Virus genome (UHGV): UHGV-0208881
DNA: 22,343 nt
From: a virus
Strand: one strand, 5' to 3'
Made by a program: the position numbers and the translations under genes. The notes under the pieces were generated by a model that was given only the letters and a program-made list of their open reading frames with translations, was not told the origin of the DNA and did not search any database. Of the stretch, positions 20,156 through 22,343 are shown in pieces (the first letter of the stretch is position 1; each line of letters opens with the position of its first letter).

Positions 20156-20779
20156 CTAACGTGTGACCGCATTCAAAATGTTGTCTGCGATTGACTCTTC
20201 TTTGTGGCATTGCACCACCAGAGCGTCATACAGCGGCTTAACAGTGCGTGACCAAGTGGGTTGGGTAAGGTTTGGGATTAACATCGTCACAGCGCGATAT
20301 GCTGCGCTTGCTGGCATCCTTGAATAGCCGACGCCTTTGCATCTTCCGCACTCTTTCTCGACAACTCTCCCCAACTGCTCTGTTTTGGCTATATCAACCG
20401 CACGGCCTGTACCGTGGCAATCTCTGCATCTTGCGCCCGGCGTCGCGGCACTACGGCAATAATCCGCATAAGCGAATGTTGCGAGCACTTGCAGTACCTT
20501 TGCCTTAGTATTTCCTTCGAGCTTTGCCACACCACGGTATTTCCCCGATACCTTGTGTGCAAATTGCATCAGATAGTTGATAGCCTTTTGTTTGTCGTTC
20601 TGGCTGAGTTCATGCTTACCGCAGAATGCAGCCATTCCGAATCCGGCTTGTGATTGTGCCATCCCCATAGCAGCCATCACATCAGTACCGGAAAGAGAGT
20701 CAGAAGCCGTGGCCCGTGGTGAGTCGCTCATCATCGGGCTTTTTGGCGAATGAAATTTAGCTACGCTTTCGAGTCTCAT
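20156..20779 (-). CDS. Q: Late-gene antiterminator Q (lambda type)
   Basis: 207-aa ORF MRLESVAKFHSPKSPMMSDSPRATASD...CRDCHGTGRAVD...CGRCKGVGYS...; essentially identical to lambda Q as I remember it, including the zinc-binding Cys cluster. Confidence 0.95.
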   Translation of the reverse strand: MRLESVAKFHSPKSPMMSDSPRATASDSLSGTDVMAAMGMAQSQAGFGMAAFCGKHELSQNDKQKAINYLMQFAHKVSGKYRGVAKLEGNTKAKVLQVLATFAYADYCRSAATPGARCRDCHGTGRAVDIAKTEQLGRVVEKECGRCKGVGYSRMPASAAYRAVTMLIPNLTQPTWSRTVKPLYDALVVQCHKEESIADNILNAVTR

Positions 20780-20964
20780 CGTCTTCCCTTTTTGCCTGGC
20801 GTGACCATCAGGACGCCGTTAACGATTACGTGACGCTCGCCTTTGCTGTCTCGGTTGTACTTGAGCACTGTTCCTCTTGCGCAGGAAAGCATCCTCGCCA
20901 CTTCGGTCTGATTGCCTCGTGTCTGGATAAGAAGCTCTGGTATCGTTTGAATTGTGGCGTTCAT
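20776..20964 (-). CDS. ninH: NinH-like small DNA-binding protein
   Basis: 62-aa ORF; TIPELLIQTRGNQTEVARMLSCARGTVLKYNRD resembles lambda NinH (Fis-like HTH) as I remember it. 4-nt overlaps with both neighbours, immediately upstream of Q. Confidence 0.8.
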   Translation of the reverse strand: MNATIQTIPELLIQTRGNQTEVARMLSCARGTVLKYNRDSKGERHVIVNGVLMVTPGKKGRR

Positions 20965-21323
20965 ACGTTCTCCAGTTCGGTGATTTTTATTCCAAGCCTT
21001 CCGCCTGGTACTTTCACACCACGAATTACGCGAATGTCATCGAATTGCTCGTCGTCTTCCGCAAATCCGGCGTGGATAAGGGAGTCGAGTAATCCTTTCA
21101 GGATGTTATCGAGGTCGCGGCGGCGGGAGTCTGGAACGTCTGCGATGACTTTGATGCGGAGTCGTGATTTGGTGAAAATGTCTAACTTGAGTTGGCGGAT
21201 GATTTGCTGAACGTCTTTTCGGTATTTCTGGCCTTTATCGCTGATGTAATATTGGCTTCCCCGTCTTCGCCAGTAGGTGTTCACCGACGGCGGGTATGGA
21301 AGCACAAACTGATATTCGTTCAT
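20961..21323 (-). CDS. rusA: RusA-family Holliday junction resolvase
   Basis: 120-aa ORF (same length as E. coli RusA). Motifs LPYPPSVNTYW and DVPDSRRRDLDNILKGLLDSL match the RusA catalytic Asp-containing region. Confidence 0.9.
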   Translation of the reverse strand: MNEYQFVLPYPPSVNTYWRRRGSQYYISDKGQKYRKDVQQIIRQLKLDIFTKSRLRIKVIADVPDSRRRDLDNILKGLLDSLIHAGFAEDDEQFDDIRVIRGVKVPGGRLGIKITELENV

Positions 21324-21610
21324 GACTTAATCTTCCCCTCCTTCAGCAGTATCGCCTGCGTCCTGATTACGCCTTCGAGGTGGTAAAGTCTGGCGTCTTT
21401 GTTGTCGAGGTTATGGGTGCGTCGGTCGATTTCATCGTGACACGCGCTACAAGCCCATGCGCCGATCAGGTCGTCAGGCTTCATTCCAGTTCCGCAAATT
21501 CCAGCCATCCGGTAATGTGCCAGAACTGTAGTTTCAGGGTTGCCATTGCATACGCCGTAAATACGTACCTGGCATTCTCTGCCGCGCGCTTCTTTGCGTA
21601 GGTTAGCCAT
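21320..21610 (-). CDS. YbcO-like protein (DUF1364 family, Cys-rich putative metal-binding nuclease)
   Basis: 96-aa ORF; ARGRECQVRI.GVCNGNPET.VLAH ... ACSACHDEIDRRTH resembles E. coli DLP12 YbcO as I remember it; sits directly upstream of rusA as in DLP12. Confidence 0.8.
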   Translation of the reverse strand: MANLRKEARGRECQVRIYGVCNGNPETTVLAHYRMAGICGTGMKPDDLIGAWACSACHDEIDRRTHNLDNKDARLYHLEGVIRTQAILLKEGKIKS

Positions 21611-21815
21611 TTACCTTCCCTCGCAACTGAAGAATTGACTGAAGGTCTTTTTTAATAAATATGCGAGTGCGAATTGAGCAGTAGTTTTCCTTCATTCTGG
21701 CGTAGTAATAGTCCTTTCGTTGTTTAAGCTTGTTGGCATCCGCTGTCATCCAGTCTTTTACAGCAAACTTAATTAACCAGCGGTGGCAGAGATACCATTT
21801 CAGGTAATCACTCAT
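21603..21815 (-). CDS. Hypothetical small basic protein (70 aa), nin region
   Basis: ORF whose ATG overlaps the NinD stop (ATGAGTGA) and whose stop overlaps the YbcO-like start by 8 nt. Sequence not recognised; does not match lambda NinE as I remember it. Confidence 0.5.
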   Translation of the reverse strand: MSDYLKWYLCHRWLIKFAVKDWMTADANKLKQRKDYYYARMKENYCSIRTRIFIKKDLQSILQLRGKVNG

Positions 21816-21984
21816 CGTCTTCTTCCTCGTACATTGAGCTATTCGGATCGCTCATCAGTTCTGCGCAGCAGTGCTCACACACGTGAACTTCCAGCACATG
21901 CAGCTTCTGACCGCAGTTAGCGCACGTTAAAGCTCGCTCGGCGCTTTCTTTCTGGTATTGAAGGGATTGGGATGGGCTAAGCAT
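21808..21984 (-). CDS. ninD: NinD-like zinc-ribbon protein (58 aa); not in the ORF track
   Basis: Hand translation of the minus strand: MLSPSQSLQYQKESAERALTCANCGQKLHVLEVHVCEHCCAELMSDPNSSMYEEEDDE, closely matching lambda NinD as I remember it; CxxC...CxxCC motif. Start overlaps the upstream stop (TAATG). Confidence 0.8.
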   Translation of the reverse strand: MLSPSQSLQYQKESAERALTCANCGQKLHVLEVHVCEHCCAELMSDPNSSMYEEEDDE

Positions 21985-22343
21985 TATTGGATTCTCTGCA
22001 TCATGAGAAAGACAATCATGGCGGCGCGGAGGGGATTTTCATGTATAGCTCGCTTAGATTTACAGTAGGCCACACCGCGTGCACCCCACTCGTCTTCATC
22101 GAGATTGATAATGCTAATCCTGTATTTTTCAATAATCGGCCATGCGTCTGCTGGATTTGCGCATGGGTTAAAGGATCCGCGCTCAACTTCTACTTCAACT
22201 GCGTCTCCGTTTACAATGTCTCCCTCAAATGAGATAAACACCATCGCGCCATTCTCACCTTCTTTGTAATCCGGTGATCCGTTATGAATGGCTTCGAATA
22301 CCGCCACGTTAATTTCAAAATCACTTAACTGTGAATAATCCAT
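21984..22343 (-). CDS. Hypothetical nin-region protein (119 aa, possibly NinX/DUF2591-like); start codon lies at the window edge so the N-terminus may be incomplete
   Basis: ORF 21984..22343 with its ATG as the last three bases of the window; family assignment is a weak recollection only. Confidence 0.45.
   Translation of the reverse strand: MDYSQLSDFEINVAVFEAIHNGSPDYKEGENGAMVFISFEGDIVNGDAVEVEVERGSFNPCANPADAWPIIEKYRISIINLDEDEWGARGVAYCKSKRAIHENPLRAAMIVFLMMQRIQ

Noticed and set aside
1-22343. tRNA genes, CRISPR repeats, integrase/att sites, insertion sequences
   Set aside because: No cloverleaf-compatible sequence, no regularly spaced direct repeats and no recombinase/transposase ORFs were seen; intergenic space is under 1.6 kb in total.

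Overview
The window is the late region of a mosaic lambdoid (temperate, tailed) phage or prophage, encoded almost entirely on the minus strand and read from high to low coordinates. All identifications rest on reading the supplied ORF translations and the DNA against remembered protein families and phage lambda / P22 sequences; no alignment or database search was run. Order along the transcript: the end of a nin region (hypothetical 119 aa, NinD, hypothetical 70 aa, YbcO-like, RusA, NinH), lambda-type Q antiterminator, the pR'/qut/6S/tR' late-promoter region, lambda-type S holin and R endolysin, a divergent Rz/Rz1 spanin pair, an intrinsic terminator, a Rha-family regulator and two small ORFs, then a P22-like headful packaging and morphogenesis block (small and large terminase with a pac site inside the small-terminase gene, portal, scaffold, coat, gp4, gp10, gp26 needle, gp14, three ejection proteins) and a tailspike with a conserved head-binding N-terminus and a different beta-helix body, ending in a perfect 16-bp hairpin. 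No tRNA, rRNA, CRISPR array, integrase or transposase was seen, and plus-strand ORFs look like antisense artefacts. The most promising places for something undescribed are the Rha/small-ORF accessory cluster between lysis and terminase, the ejection protein carrying an N-terminal lytic transglycosylase domain, and the tailspike receptor-binding domain.
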